A stretch of DNA of 64,000 nucleotides from Pyrinomonadaceae bacterium (GTDB taxonomy: Bacteria > Acidobacteriota > Blastocatellia > Pyrinomonadales > Pyrinomonadaceae), in NCBI GenBank assembly GCA_047600985.1, contig JASGKA010000001.1:288105-352104 (forward strand), read 5' to 3'. Shown here piece after piece: positions 1 to 8,731 of the stretch. The notes under the pieces are model-generated. The model ran no database searches and was not told the DNA's origin. It saw only the letters and a list, made by a program, of their open reading frames with translations. Both the position numbers and the translations under genes were made by a program. How positions within the stretch are numbered: the stretch's first letter is position 1; each line of letters opens with the position of its first letter.

Positions 1-567
1 GGCTTTGTCGTCCACTTCAACCTCGATCGAAACGTCGCCTGCTTGCCACTTTCCAGATTTCATCCCCTTGATCGCATCTTTTGCTTCGCTCGGCAACGGC
101 TTTCCCGTCGTCAGGTTTGCCATGTCGTCGTCGCCCGCAGCAAGAGCATCGAGCAGAGCGGAACGCAGTTCGGTCTCGATCTTTTTACCCGCTTTCATCA
201 TGTCGAGTTCGGTGTCGTCGAGAACCGTTTCGACCGAGAATTCCAGGTGGTCAACGAGCGAGCGATCACCCGAGGCAAATAGCCGAAGCGGACGCTGACG
301 GCCGCTCGGGCCGACGTATTTGGAACTGCTGCAGCTCGACAGATTGTACTTGTCATCCCATTCATATTCGCCGGGTTTGAAGCCCGCTTTTTCGAATACC
401 GAGCAGGCCTTTGTCGGATCCACGCCTTTGCCGGACGATTTGGCGGTCGTTGTGTTTGCCGTGTTTCCAGCATTCGTGTTGCCGGTTTTCGCCGAATTCG
501 CTCCGCCAGCCGACGAACACGCCGAAAGAGCGGCTGCGACGATCATTATCAATGCTATTTTCATCAT
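1..567 (-). CDS. lipoprotein, hypothetical (3' end runs off window start)
   Basis: Hand-translated minus-strand frame is open from the ATGATG at 567-562 to base 1. It reads MMKIALIMIVAAALSAC..., a lipoprotein signal with lipobox Cys. AGGAGA lies 6 nt upstream. It is absent from the ORF track because no stop falls inside the window. Confidence 0.55.
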   Translation of the reverse strand, partial: MMKIALIMIVAAALSACSSAGGANSAKTGNTNAGNTANTTTAKSSGKGVDPTKACSVFEKAGFKPGEYEWDDKYNLSSCSSSKYVGPSGRQRPLRLFASGDRSLVDHLEFSVETVLDDTELDMMKAGKKIETELRSALLDALAAGDDDMANLTTGKPLPSEAKDAIKGMKSGKWQAGDVSIEVEVDDKA

Positions 568-574
568 CTTTCTC

Positions 575-1117
575 CTATTGTTTTAATGAGATCTTTAATC
601 TGTAATCGCCGCTCGTTGCACCGTTCGGTCCGGCAACGGCAAGCATCAGCGTGTATGCGTTTGTGGTCGAGTTGAATGTGATCGAGCGGGCGTCGGTCTG
701 AACACGGTCCTTTTTCGGATAGTCCCATTTATGCTCAGCTTCGCAGGTAACGGCTGAACTCAGGCTGTCAGGCAAAGTGTGCTTGCCGGAAGCGATCTGA
801 TAGCCGTAGATGCTCAGGTTCGTCCCCGACCGAACCGGTTCGACCGTCACGGTCACGATCGAACGCGGCGGCATATCGACGGTGTAAAAAACATGATTCC
901 CGGTAAATTTCGCTTGCTGCGTAGCTGGAAAACACGCGATCGAACTGTTCCAGGCGAACGAGAGATCGCTGAGCTTGCTGCCTTCGCTAAGATTTCCGGT
1001 TACGGTGGAAGTGAGGCCGGGTTTTATAACGACGCTGTTTACGGTGCGTTCGGTTTGGGCGCTTATGACTAAGCTTCCGATCAGTACGAACGAAATTAGT
1101 AAGATCAATTGCTTCAT
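575..1117 (-). CDS. secreted hypothetical protein (Sec signal peptide)
   Basis: ORF-track 180 aa. N-terminus MKQLILLISFVLIGSLVISAQTE is a typical signal peptide. Tightly packed with neighbouring minus-strand genes. Confidence 0.5.
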   Translation of the reverse strand: MKQLILLISFVLIGSLVISAQTERTVNSVVIKPGLTSTVTGNLSEGSKLSDLSFAWNSSIACFPATQQAKFTGNHVFYTVDMPPRSIVTVTVEPVRSGTNLSIYGYQIASGKHTLPDSLSSAVTCEAEHKWDYPKKDRVQTDARSITFNSTTNAYTLMLAVAGPNGATSGDYRLKISLKQ

Positions 1118-1692
1118 GATCCAGACTCCTTGGGCATTTTCGCGGTAAATTTGCCCTCGATGTTGTCCTCGCCATCGATAAAATGCACTTCGCCTTCGAT
1201 CACATCTTCTTTAACAGAGGTGATATTTACCCAAGACTCCTTGGTTGCTCCGAGCCTCGCGAACTGTTCCTCACCCGAGTCGCCGAAATAATAAACGCGA
1301 TACGAACCAAGTTCGAGTCCGGGCGTAATATCCTTCTCCGCAGCAAATGGCGAGCTGTAGACGCCCTCACGCAGTTTTGTACCAAAGCCTTGATCCAGAT
1401 CGATCGCTATCACTGAGAATTTGATCTTCTTCTGCTCTTTCGACGTTAGCGTCGGACCATATCGCTCGTCTTGCCCGCTATCGAGCTTCATATCAAAATT
1501 GCTGAGGAAAAAGTTGTAGAAAACCGCATCGTGCCCGCGATACGTGGCTTTCGACGCGGGTTTGATCACGCCATGTGTCGCCGTGAACGCGTCGGTCTTC
1601 TTCTCGATATTCATCTTGATATCGCCCGACGGTGCACAGCCAAAACCGAGCAGCGAAGCGAAAATTAACACGATCAATAGATATGCTTTCAT
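1114..1692 (-). CDS. lipoprotein, hypothetical
   Basis: 192 aa. MKAYLLIVLIFASLLGFGCAPSG has a lipobox-like LGFGC motif. 4-nt overlap with the downstream gene. Confidence 0.5.
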   Translation of the reverse strand: MKAYLLIVLIFASLLGFGCAPSGDIKMNIEKKTDAFTATHGVIKPASKATYRGHDAVFYNFFLSNFDMKLDSGQDERYGPTLTSKEQKKIKFSVIAIDLDQGFGTKLREGVYSSPFAAEKDITPGLELGSYRVYYFGDSGEEQFARLGATKESWVNITSVKEDVIEGEVHFIDGEDNIEGKFTAKMPKESGS

Positions 1693-1695
1693 TTC

Positions 1696-2166
1696 TCACC
1701 TCTTTAGATCTGTCAAAATACAATTCTTGATAGACACCCGATCCGGGCTGTAGCTCGATTTTGTGTACTGGCCTTTGACCGTTACGGTCGGCGATTGATG
1801 CTTGTATCGCAGGTCGTCGATACGTGTTTTCATGCTCTGATATTCAGAAAAACTGCCGGTGCAGTAGAATCCGCCGTTTATATCGCTGATCCGCAGGCTG
1901 TCGTACTCGATCGCCTCGAGCTTGCCGCCCGTGACGGTGACGATGCGGCCTTCGTCTTCTTTCTTGTAATTCAGCCCGACGACGTCGTATGCGGACATCG
2001 TCGTCGGTTCCAAGACCGGAACCGGAGTTTCAGCTTCTTTTGTCACGGCCGTGCGATTCGACGTGTTTAACGAGCTAGAATTAGCGTTATTCGCCGAATT
2101 TGAACTGACGCCGCCGCAAGCGCACATCGTAATAGCGGCCAAAGTGATAATTAATTTCGTTTTCAT
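1696..2166 (-). CDS. lipoprotein, hypothetical
   Basis: 156 aa. MKTKLIITLAAITMCACGG signal plus Cys, followed by a low-complexity N/S-rich linker. Confidence 0.5.
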   Translation of the reverse strand: MKTKLIITLAAITMCACGGVSSNSANNANSSSLNTSNRTAVTKEAETPVPVLEPTTMSAYDVVGLNYKKEDEGRIVTVTGGKLEAIEYDSLRISDINGGFYCTGSFSEYQSMKTRIDDLRYKHQSPTVTVKGQYTKSSYSPDRVSIKNCILTDLKR

Positions 2167-2181
2167 ATATTCTCTCCCGCC

Positions 2182-2403
2182 TCAATTTTGACTAGTTTTC
2201 TTACCCCTCAGCATCACAAATGCGGCTATGGCCGTAACAACGAGCCCGATAAATCCGAACAGCAGCGACGGAATGATTCCCACCATCGCTTCCTTCATGT
2301 ACACGCGGTTGTTCGTCATCGACGGCAGCATCAAAAAGATGACGAGAGCGATACCGGAGAGCAGCGTGAGGCCGATTCCTGCTAGTAATCCTGCGATCTT
2401 CAT
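2182..2403 (-). CDS. small two-TM membrane protein
   Basis: 73 aa with two hydrophobic helices (LLAGIGLTLLSGIALVIFLML and IIPSLLFGFIGLVVTAIAAFVML). Confidence 0.4.
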   Translation of the reverse strand: MKIAGLLAGIGLTLLSGIALVIFLMLPSMTNNRVYMKEAMVGIIPSLLFGFIGLVVTAIAAFVMLRGKKTSQN

Positions 2404-2422
2404 TTTTATTTCTCCTCTTTAG

Positions 2423-3610
2423 TTATGGACATGGAATAAAGCGTCCGCCGATGGTCAGAAAATCAAGCTTCGCGGCTCCGCCGGGCGGTTTGAAGAAATT
2501 GAACTCGCGGGCCTGACAATCCGGGCGGCCTTCGACCTTTGCGATCACATATCCGCCGCGAAGGCTCGTGCCCTTACCGACCTTGTAGTAGTCGTATTTC
2601 GAATCGCTGCCTTTATAGGTATAGCTGCTTGAGGTCGACCAGGACGTGTTCCTGAAAACAATCCGAAGTATCTGGATCTTCGACGCGTTTGGCAGTTTGA
2701 CGTATCCTGCCCGTATCGTCTTTTCAAGCACGGGATCCTTGGCCGTGCCGGGCTGAAAGCTCGTGCTGGACATGGTTTGTCGTATGCGATCTTTAGTCTT
2801 AACGATGAGCTTTTCGTACTCCTTCCAGTAGAGATCGATCCAGGTCGGTGGCACCGGCACACCACGTTTCGCGAATTCGGCCGTGATCTCGTTCGCGACT
2901 TTTTGACGAAACTGCGGCGTCTCAAACACCATCTCCTGAAATCTGTCGGGTATTTGATTATCCGCGCCACCAAAATCCGAATAATCGGCCTGAATGTCCT
3001 TACCGATCAACCCGGTGGTGTCATAAATTATCCCGTCCACAACGACCTGCATTCCCTGCATCTTGGTATGGACCGGGTCGGCTGCAAGTGCGCAATATCC
3101 ATTCGAGTAGCCAGCAAAATAGTTCGGTTTGTATTTCGGCTCGGGGAATGGGCCGTATTTCTTGCAGAGTTGATCGACCGCCTGCAGGTCTGACAAGATT
3201 TGAGTCCAAGCTTCCTCGGAAGACGGGATCGGATAGGTGCTGCCCGAGACCCAAACCATCTTGAAATCATAGGCCTTGCTCAAAAGCTGAATCGAACGCA
3301 TATATGGCCCGATCTCCTTCTGGAAAGTCTGCTCATTCTTCTTGCCGTTCAGGAACCGCTCGTGGGCTTTCTCGCTCTGGATAATGCGGGCTGGTCCGGC
3401 CATGATGCCCTCCTTGTACCCGTTTGATCGCACTACCTGAAACATCGGCAGATTGATAGAGGCGATGCGGACGAGTGTCCACTCGTTCTCGTAGCCGTAA
3501 TAGACAACGTCATTGACCTTGAACGAAGTGAGTGGCTCAACCTGAGTTTGAGCGAATGAACTCACGACAGCCAAAACAAGTAACCCAACGATAAGAATTG
3601 CTTTCTTCAT
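2423..3610 (-). CDS. secreted hypothetical protein
   Basis: 395 aa. MKKAILIVGLLVLAVVSSFAQTQ signal peptide. Strong SD (AAGGAGG) 7 nt upstream of the ATG at 3610. Confidence 0.55.
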   Translation of the reverse strand: MKKAILIVGLLVLAVVSSFAQTQVEPLTSFKVNDVVYYGYENEWTLVRIASINLPMFQVVRSNGYKEGIMAGPARIIQSEKAHERFLNGKKNEQTFQKEIGPYMRSIQLLSKAYDFKMVWVSGSTYPIPSSEEAWTQILSDLQAVDQLCKKYGPFPEPKYKPNYFAGYSNGYCALAADPVHTKMQGMQVVVDGIIYDTTGLIGKDIQADYSDFGGADNQIPDRFQEMVFETPQFRQKVANEITAEFAKRGVPVPPTWIDLYWKEYEKLIVKTKDRIRQTMSSTSFQPGTAKDPVLEKTIRAGYVKLPNASKIQILRIVFRNTSWSTSSSYTYKGSDSKYDYYKVGKGTSLRGGYVIAKVEGRPDCQAREFNFFKPPGGAAKLDFLTIGGRFIPCP

Positions 3611-3664
3611 TTTTGATCCTCCTTAGCTCTTCACCTGTATGTGAAGGTTTGGACCAAACATTTC

Positions 3665-3703
3665 AAAAAAAATGACGAGGACTTAAAAAAGTCTTCGTCA
3701 TCA
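3665..3703 (-). terminator. rho-independent terminator downstream of the anti-sigma gene
   Basis: On the minus strand: CCTGATGACGAAGACT-TTTTT-AAGTCCTCGTCA hairpin (one G-U pair) followed immediately by a T8 run. Confidence 0.5.
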
Positions 3704-3734
3704 GGCATTCTTGCCGCTCGTATTGTGAGTTATG

Positions 3735-4637
3735 TCATCGATTTACGTTGAATTGTGCGTCCGCCGCAGATTCGTTTTCGCCTGCATTATTTACACCATA
3801 TGCGCGGACAATATAGTCGCCTGGTGAGAGGTTTTTTGCCGGTGAACTGAAATTCAGACGGCCGCCCCGAGGCGCGATGGTAGCTGAACGATAGACGATC
3901 TTTCCCGCTCCATCCTCGATCTCGACGCGATAATTCCTGTAATCCGTGGAACGCAACGGCAGCGTGAAATTAACGCTTTTCGTGTTTTCACCTACTTTTA
4001 CTGTCGGATTAGATCCTCCAGAACGAACCAGGCCCGGCGAGAGAATTACGGCAGCGATAATGCTGTGCTGTTCGGGCGGCGGCCTATTGTCTGTATTTGC
4101 CGGCGTCGGCGTCGGTGTTTTTGCGGGTGGTTTGTTGCCGTTCACATCGATCGGAGCGGTCGGGATCGGACTCGGCAACTCGGTCGGCGTTGTTTCTGTT
4201 TGCTTTACGATATCGACCTGAGGTTTCCTCAATACCAGGAACCAGACGCCGATAATAACAGCGACCAACAGAGCGGCGGCAACAGCCAATTGCGGCAATT
4301 GAAGCGCAGCTATCAGCTTCGCCAAAAAGCCAGGCGAAACTTCGGGCAATTGTGTGGCCGGACGGTTGAGGTCAAATTCCGCAAGCATCGCGCGATGCAG
4401 ATCGAGACGCTCGCACCGCGTCTGGCTCGTGTTAGCAGCCTCGAATTTCTTTGCCTCTGCCGCTGACAAATTGCCTCGCAAGTATTCCTCAGTCAGCTCA
4501 TCATCGACGACACGGACCGCCTCGAATAGCTCCGCGTCGCCCTCAACGATCTGCTGTTCAAAGGCCTCGTGTTCCTCGCTCGGCATTTCACCTAGCAGGA
4601 ATCTGCGAATTTTGTTGTCGTCAATTTCCATCATCAT
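3735..4637 (-). CDS. putative anti-sigma factor (single-pass membrane; periplasmic C-terminal domain)
   Basis: 300 aa immediately downstream of the ECF sigma gene. Cytoplasmic acidic helical N-domain, one TM (LAVAAALLVAVIIGVWFLVL), a Pro/Thr-rich linker and a ~150-aa C-terminal domain. Confidence 0.5.
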   Translation of the reverse strand: MMMEIDDNKIRRFLLGEMPSEEHEAFEQQIVEGDAELFEAVRVVDDELTEEYLRGNLSAAEAKKFEAANTSQTRCERLDLHRAMLAEFDLNRPATQLPEVSPGFLAKLIAALQLPQLAVAAALLVAVIIGVWFLVLRKPQVDIVKQTETTPTELPSPIPTAPIDVNGNKPPAKTPTPTPANTDNRPPPEQHSIIAAVILSPGLVRSGGSNPTVKVGENTKSVNFTLPLRSTDYRNYRVEIEDGAGKIVYRSATIAPRGGRLNFSSPAKNLSPGDYIVRAYGVNNAGENESAADAQFNVNR

Positions 4638-4687
4638 CGCCGTAAATTACCGGCTTCATCTGTATGTGCAAAAATCGCGTATTCGTT

Positions 4688-5236
4688 TCATTTCGAGCAT
4701 CGGCGAATGCACGATTCGAGAGCGGACCGCAGCCGACACGCCCGGATCCGGAGCGTATTGACTGAAACCTTTAGCTCGTCTGCGATAGCTTTTCGGATAT
4801 CCTGTCGCCGCCCGTTGTCCTCGTCGTGATACCTGACGAGCAAAGCTCGGTCTTCCTCATCCATGCGGGTCATGCACTCGGTGAGGCAGTCCAGTCTTTT
4901 CTCTTTCTCACTATCGATCGAACTATCCGGAACGACAAAGTTATCGCTCTCGTCCTCGATCGTCACGTTCTGGCGTGATGGGTCGCGATAATGCTCCAGC
5001 CTGACGAAATTCGCGATGCCAAATGCGTATGCCCTGATATTTTCAATACCTTCGTCGGTCTCGAGTTTGTTCTGCACCCGCTCAAAAACAGCATCGGCCA
5101 ACTCGTCGCAGTCGTCACAGTTACGCCATTCGAAATATTTGATCAGTTTCGCCCGCAGAAGTTCGTACTCACGGCCCGCAGCATCGCGGTCGTTCGGGTC
5201 GAGCATGGAAAGCAGTGTTTCGAAACTAGTAGTCAC
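4688..5236 (-). CDS. ECF-type RNA polymerase sigma-70 factor
   Basis: 182 aa. Region-2-like N-part and region-4 HTH (ELKVSVNTLRIRACRLRSAL). 20 nt downstream of the CHAT gene. Confidence 0.7.
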   Translation of the reverse strand: MTTSFETLLSMLDPNDRDAAGREYELLRAKLIKYFEWRNCDDCDELADAVFERVQNKLETDEGIENIRAYAFGIANFVRLEHYRDPSRQNVTIEDESDNFVVPDSSIDSEKEKRLDCLTECMTRMDEEDRALLVRYHDEDNGRRQDIRKAIADELKVSVNTLRIRACRLRSALESCIRRCSK

Positions 5237-5256
5237 TCAGCGTCTGCGTGGTCGGA

Positions 5257-8200
5257 TCACAGTTCTCCCTGAATAATAAATCCTGCCCAGTAGTACGGAG
5301 AGCGATAACGCGGGATCTTTCTGAGTTCACTCTGAGCCGACCGAAGTGCGGTCGCGGGCGGCATCTTGTTCTGCAGCATGTTTCGGTAGAAGACCTTCAT
5401 GAATTCAGCGGTCGCGGCGTCGTCCACCTTCCAAAGGCTTGAAACTACCCGCCGCGCACCGGCAAACATAAATCCACGCGTCAGGCCGATCAAACCTTCG
5501 CCGCGAATATCCTTGCCAAGAGCGGTCTGACACGCGCTCAGAACGACGAGGTCGCTATTCAGCTTTAAATTGTATATCTGACCGAGCCTCATCACGCCGT
5601 CCTTCGGTTTCCCGTCGCTGCCGTAGAGTGAAAGCACGAGACCGGAAAACTCCGGATTTGTCGTATCGAGCAATCCATGCGTCGCGAAATGAACAATGCG
5701 GTATTGCGTGAGATCATGGCCGATCACATTGTCACGATTCGCTTCGAAATCGACATTGACCTCAGCCTTCCCGTCCTGAACGAACGCCGCGATATTCCTC
5801 GCCTCGACCCGCGATGAAAGCAGCCTCGGAAGTCCCTCGGTCAGGTTAACGTCGCGGAGAAGCCGTCGGGTGGACGTGGGCGTCGTTTCAAATGTAACGT
5901 TTGCCGCTTTTAGTCTGACGTCATCCTTCGCAAAAACAGCGTCCGCAAAAACTGCGAGTGTTTTCGCCGCCGGTTTCACGTTGTCCGTTTTCGAACGAAG
6001 TTCGCTGAGGACGCTCGCCGATGGAAGTGAGACGATCTCTTTCGGACCCGCGTTCTCAGCGAGCAAGGCGAAAGGTAGAAATTGAAGGATTCCGTCTGCA
6101 ACCACAACCAGCTTTTTGCCCTTGATCGCAGTAGATGCTGGTCCGAGAATTTTTTTACTGACATCTTGCTTAAGAGCATCTATCTTCGGCTCATTGTTCG
6201 TGCTATTCGCGACAAGTCCGTCGTAAAGCTCTTTTGCTTTTGTATCGATCTCAGCACGCGGGCCGAGTTCGACGACCGAAACATCTTTGTTAGTCACGAT
6301 CCATAGAAAACTCTGTTCGTCGCCGAGTTTGTATTCGAGCAAAACAGTATCTGAACCGATCAGGCTTTGGGTTTTTGAAACCGTAAAGTTCTCCGGGCTA
6401 ACGAGATCCGCGTATCTGCGATTTTGGCCATGGATCTTCTGCTTGACCGCCGTCAGTTGATCGTCGATGCCCAAGATCTCCTGCTTCAGCTCTTTCGCGC
6501 GATCTTCCGAATACTTTCCGGCCAGCATCTGCGATAGCTGACGGGACCGTCCCGTGACAAGCTCGGTCAACCGCCGTTCTTCGGCAACCAGAGTCGGATC
6601 GATCTTATCGGCGATCTCGACCCGTGCCTGCTGCAACAGCTCGATCAAAACGCGAGCCCGCGAGCGTTCGCTGATCTCGTATGCGGCTGATATCGAGCTT
6701 TGGTTCTTCTCTGATAAGGTCAGTTCGATCAGGAGCTGATAATATTGCTGCACCGATGCAAAATACGAGGCTCTTAGCCGTTGATCCGGTATCGTCCCTC
6801 GAAACTTTTCGACGAGAGCTATCGCGGCTTCGACACTCCGCTTCGCCTCATCAGCACGTTTCAGATCTCTGAGAGCTCGTGCCTTTCGATAAAGCAGTAA
6901 TGCCTCCTGATTTTTGTCCTCGAGGCGGTGCCAGATCTCTGCGGAACTCGCAAATCGGTCGAGAGCCGCAGCTTTGTCACCATTCTGGTCGGCGATCTGA
7001 CCGAGACTCGCGAGGTTTGACGCTTCGTCGCGTCGATTTTCGACTTCGCGATTTAGGGCTAATGCCTGTCCTAGAAGATCTGAAGCCGCTTTCAGGTCTC
7101 CTTTTTTCCGTTCGATAGATGCGAGGCGGCCGAGGGTTGTCGCCTTAGAGGTCTTGTCTTTCAACTCTTCAGCGATCTTCAGGGAATCCCGGTAATAGGT
7201 AGCGGCCTTTTCGAGTTCGCCTTTCGCCTCAAATAGCGATCCGATGTTGCCCAAAACCGCACCTTCGCGGCGGCGTTCAGAATTGGCGCGGCGAAGCTTG
7301 AGCGATTCTTCGTAGTACTTTAATCCTTTCTCATCGTCGCCGAGCGTATGGTAGAGCAACCCAAGGTTATTGAGGCTCGAACCTTCTGCACCGCTCTTTA
7401 TCTCACGGTCCATCGCGATCGATCTTTCGTAAAGCTCAAGAGCTTTGTCGATCTCGCCTAGACGATCGTATGCACCGGCGATCGTGCCGGTGATGAGAGC
7501 GACGGCTTTCTTGTTGCCCTCCGCTTCTCGGACGACGAGAGCTTTTTCGTATAGACCGAGCGCCGTACGGACATCGCCGCTGGTGTGAAATGCGGTGCCC
7601 ATATTGAAGTAAACCCACGCAATTCCGTCCTGGTCGTTGGTTTTCTTGTAATACTCAAGAGCCTGCTCGTAATACTCGCGAGCTTTTGCGGGCTGACTGC
7701 TGTTGGCGTACACCAGACCGATGTTGCCGATCACTGTGGTTTCCGTGTAGTGATCACCGAGTTCACGATAGATGTCGCGAGCTTTGGAATAATACCCAAT
7801 TGCCTTTTCCGAATCCCCGACCCAATCGGCCACAAGCCCGAGGTTATTTGTGGCTCCTGCTTCGAGTGTCCGATCATGCGTCTCGCGTGCAATTGCGAAG
7901 GCTTTCTCAAAATTTTCCGTCGAGCCCTTCAGATCGCTAAGGTTGTAGTAGGTAAGGCCGATCTGATTTATTAAAAAACCCTGTTTGCTCTTAAATCCCA
8001 AAGATTCAGCGATCTTCAGGCTTTCGGCATATTGTGTCAGCGCTTTTCGCGAGTCGCCGAGAGAGCGAAGTCCTGACGCAAGGTATTCGTAGGCAAGGCT
8101 TTCCCAATACTTATCCTGCTTAACACGCGAAAGCGGAATGATCGCTTCGAATTTCGCGAGAGCCGCTTGCTTTGCTGCCGCACCTTCTTTCCTGAGCTTC

Positions 8201-8664
8201 AGTCCCTCTTCGTAAAGAGCGAAGATCTTTGTAGCCGCATCATTGATCGCTTTGTCTTCAGCGGTAGTTGGACGGATCTCGATCAACTTTATCGCGTAGC
8301 CGGCAGTATCCTTTTCGGAGGTCGAGATCCAAGTGTCCAATCGGTAACGCCCATCTTTCGCTGCTGTCAGGCGGTGGCGGTCGGTGTCATAAAACCCGTT
8401 TGGAATATCAAAATCAACGAAAGCGTCCTTTGCGTCGGGCTCGTATGCCTCGGCCTGTATGTCCGCTCCTTTCTGAACTACTTCGACAACGGCAGTTTCG
8501 CCCGCTTTTAGGTCGATGTAAAAGGACTGCGTTTCCTTTTCCTTGATCTGTTTTTCAACGCCGTTTCCAACTGTGAGTATGGTTTGCTGAGCCTGCAGCG
8601 ATGCGGTCGCCGCAAAACAGAGAACAAAGGTCGAAGCTACGCGAAAAATGGCCGCTCTTGTCAT
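5257..8664 (-). CDS. secreted TPR-repeat protein with C-terminal CHAT (caspase-like) protease domain
   Basis: ORF runs to 8781, but the likely start is the ATG at 8664 (MTRAAIFRVASTFVLCFAATASLQA is a signal peptide). Multiple TPR units in the middle (...YYSKARDIYRELGD..., ...ALELYERSIAMDRE...). C-terminus carries the CHAT His (IVHFATHG) and Cys (VVLSACQTALG) dyad motifs. Confidence 0.8.
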   Translation of the reverse strand: MTRAAIFRVASTFVLCFAATASLQAQQTILTVGNGVEKQIKEKETQSFYIDLKAGETAVVEVVQKGADIQAEAYEPDAKDAFVDFDIPNGFYDTDRHRLTAAKDGRYRLDTWISTSEKDTAGYAIKLIEIRPTTAEDKAINDAATKIFALYEEGLKLRKEGAAAKQAALAKFEAIIPLSRVKQDKYWESLAYEYLASGLRSLGDSRKALTQYAESLKIAESLGFKSKQGFLINQIGLTYYNLSDLKGSTENFEKAFAIARETHDRTLEAGATNNLGLVADWVGDSEKAIGYYSKARDIYRELGDHYTETTVIGNIGLVYANSSQPAKAREYYEQALEYYKKTNDQDGIAWVYFNMGTAFHTSGDVRTALGLYEKALVVREAEGNKKAVALITGTIAGAYDRLGEIDKALELYERSIAMDREIKSGAEGSSLNNLGLLYHTLGDDEKGLKYYEESLKLRRANSERRREGAVLGNIGSLFEAKGELEKAATYYRDSLKIAEELKDKTSKATTLGRLASIERKKGDLKAASDLLGQALALNREVENRRDEASNLASLGQIADQNGDKAAALDRFASSAEIWHRLEDKNQEALLLYRKARALRDLKRADEAKRSVEAAIALVEKFRGTIPDQRLRASYFASVQQYYQLLIELTLSEKNQSSISAAYEISERSRARVLIELLQQARVEIADKIDPTLVAEERRLTELVTGRSRQLSQMLAGKYSEDRAKELKQEILGIDDQLTAVKQKIHGQNRRYADLVSPENFTVSKTQSLIGSDTVLLEYKLGDEQSFLWIVTNKDVSVVELGPRAEIDTKAKELYDGLVANSTNNEPKIDALKQDVSKKILGPASTAIKGKKLVVVADGILQFLPFALLAENAGPKEIVSLPSASVLSELRSKTDNVKPAAKTLAVFADAVFAKDDVRLKAANVTFETTPTSTRRLLRDVNLTEGLPRLLSSRVEARNIAAFVQDGKAEVNVDFEANRDNVIGHDLTQYRIVHFATHGLLDTTNPEFSGLVLSLYGSDGKPKDGVMRLGQIYNLKLNSDLVVLSACQTALGKDIRGEGLIGLTRGFMFAGARRVVSSLWKVDDAATAEFMKVFYRNMLQNKMPPATALRSAQSELRKIPRYRSPYYWAGFIIQGEL

Positions 8665-8731
8665 ATGGAACGGGCTGATTTTAGCAGAGAACCTATTGTG
8701 ATTGAAAGAGTTTTTAGCTTTCGCTGGCGGA

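Noticed and set aside
198-473. 91-aa ORF on the minus strand from the ORF track
   Set aside because: It is the +1 frame of the real lipoprotein gene, which reads open from 567 to base 1 with signal peptide and SD. No motifs of its own.
7585-7974. 129-aa and several 60-90-aa ORFs antisense to the TPR-CHAT gene
   Set aside because: Embedded in a long intact sense ORF with clear TPR/CHAT motifs. No ribosome-binding sites. Typical spurious antisense frames.
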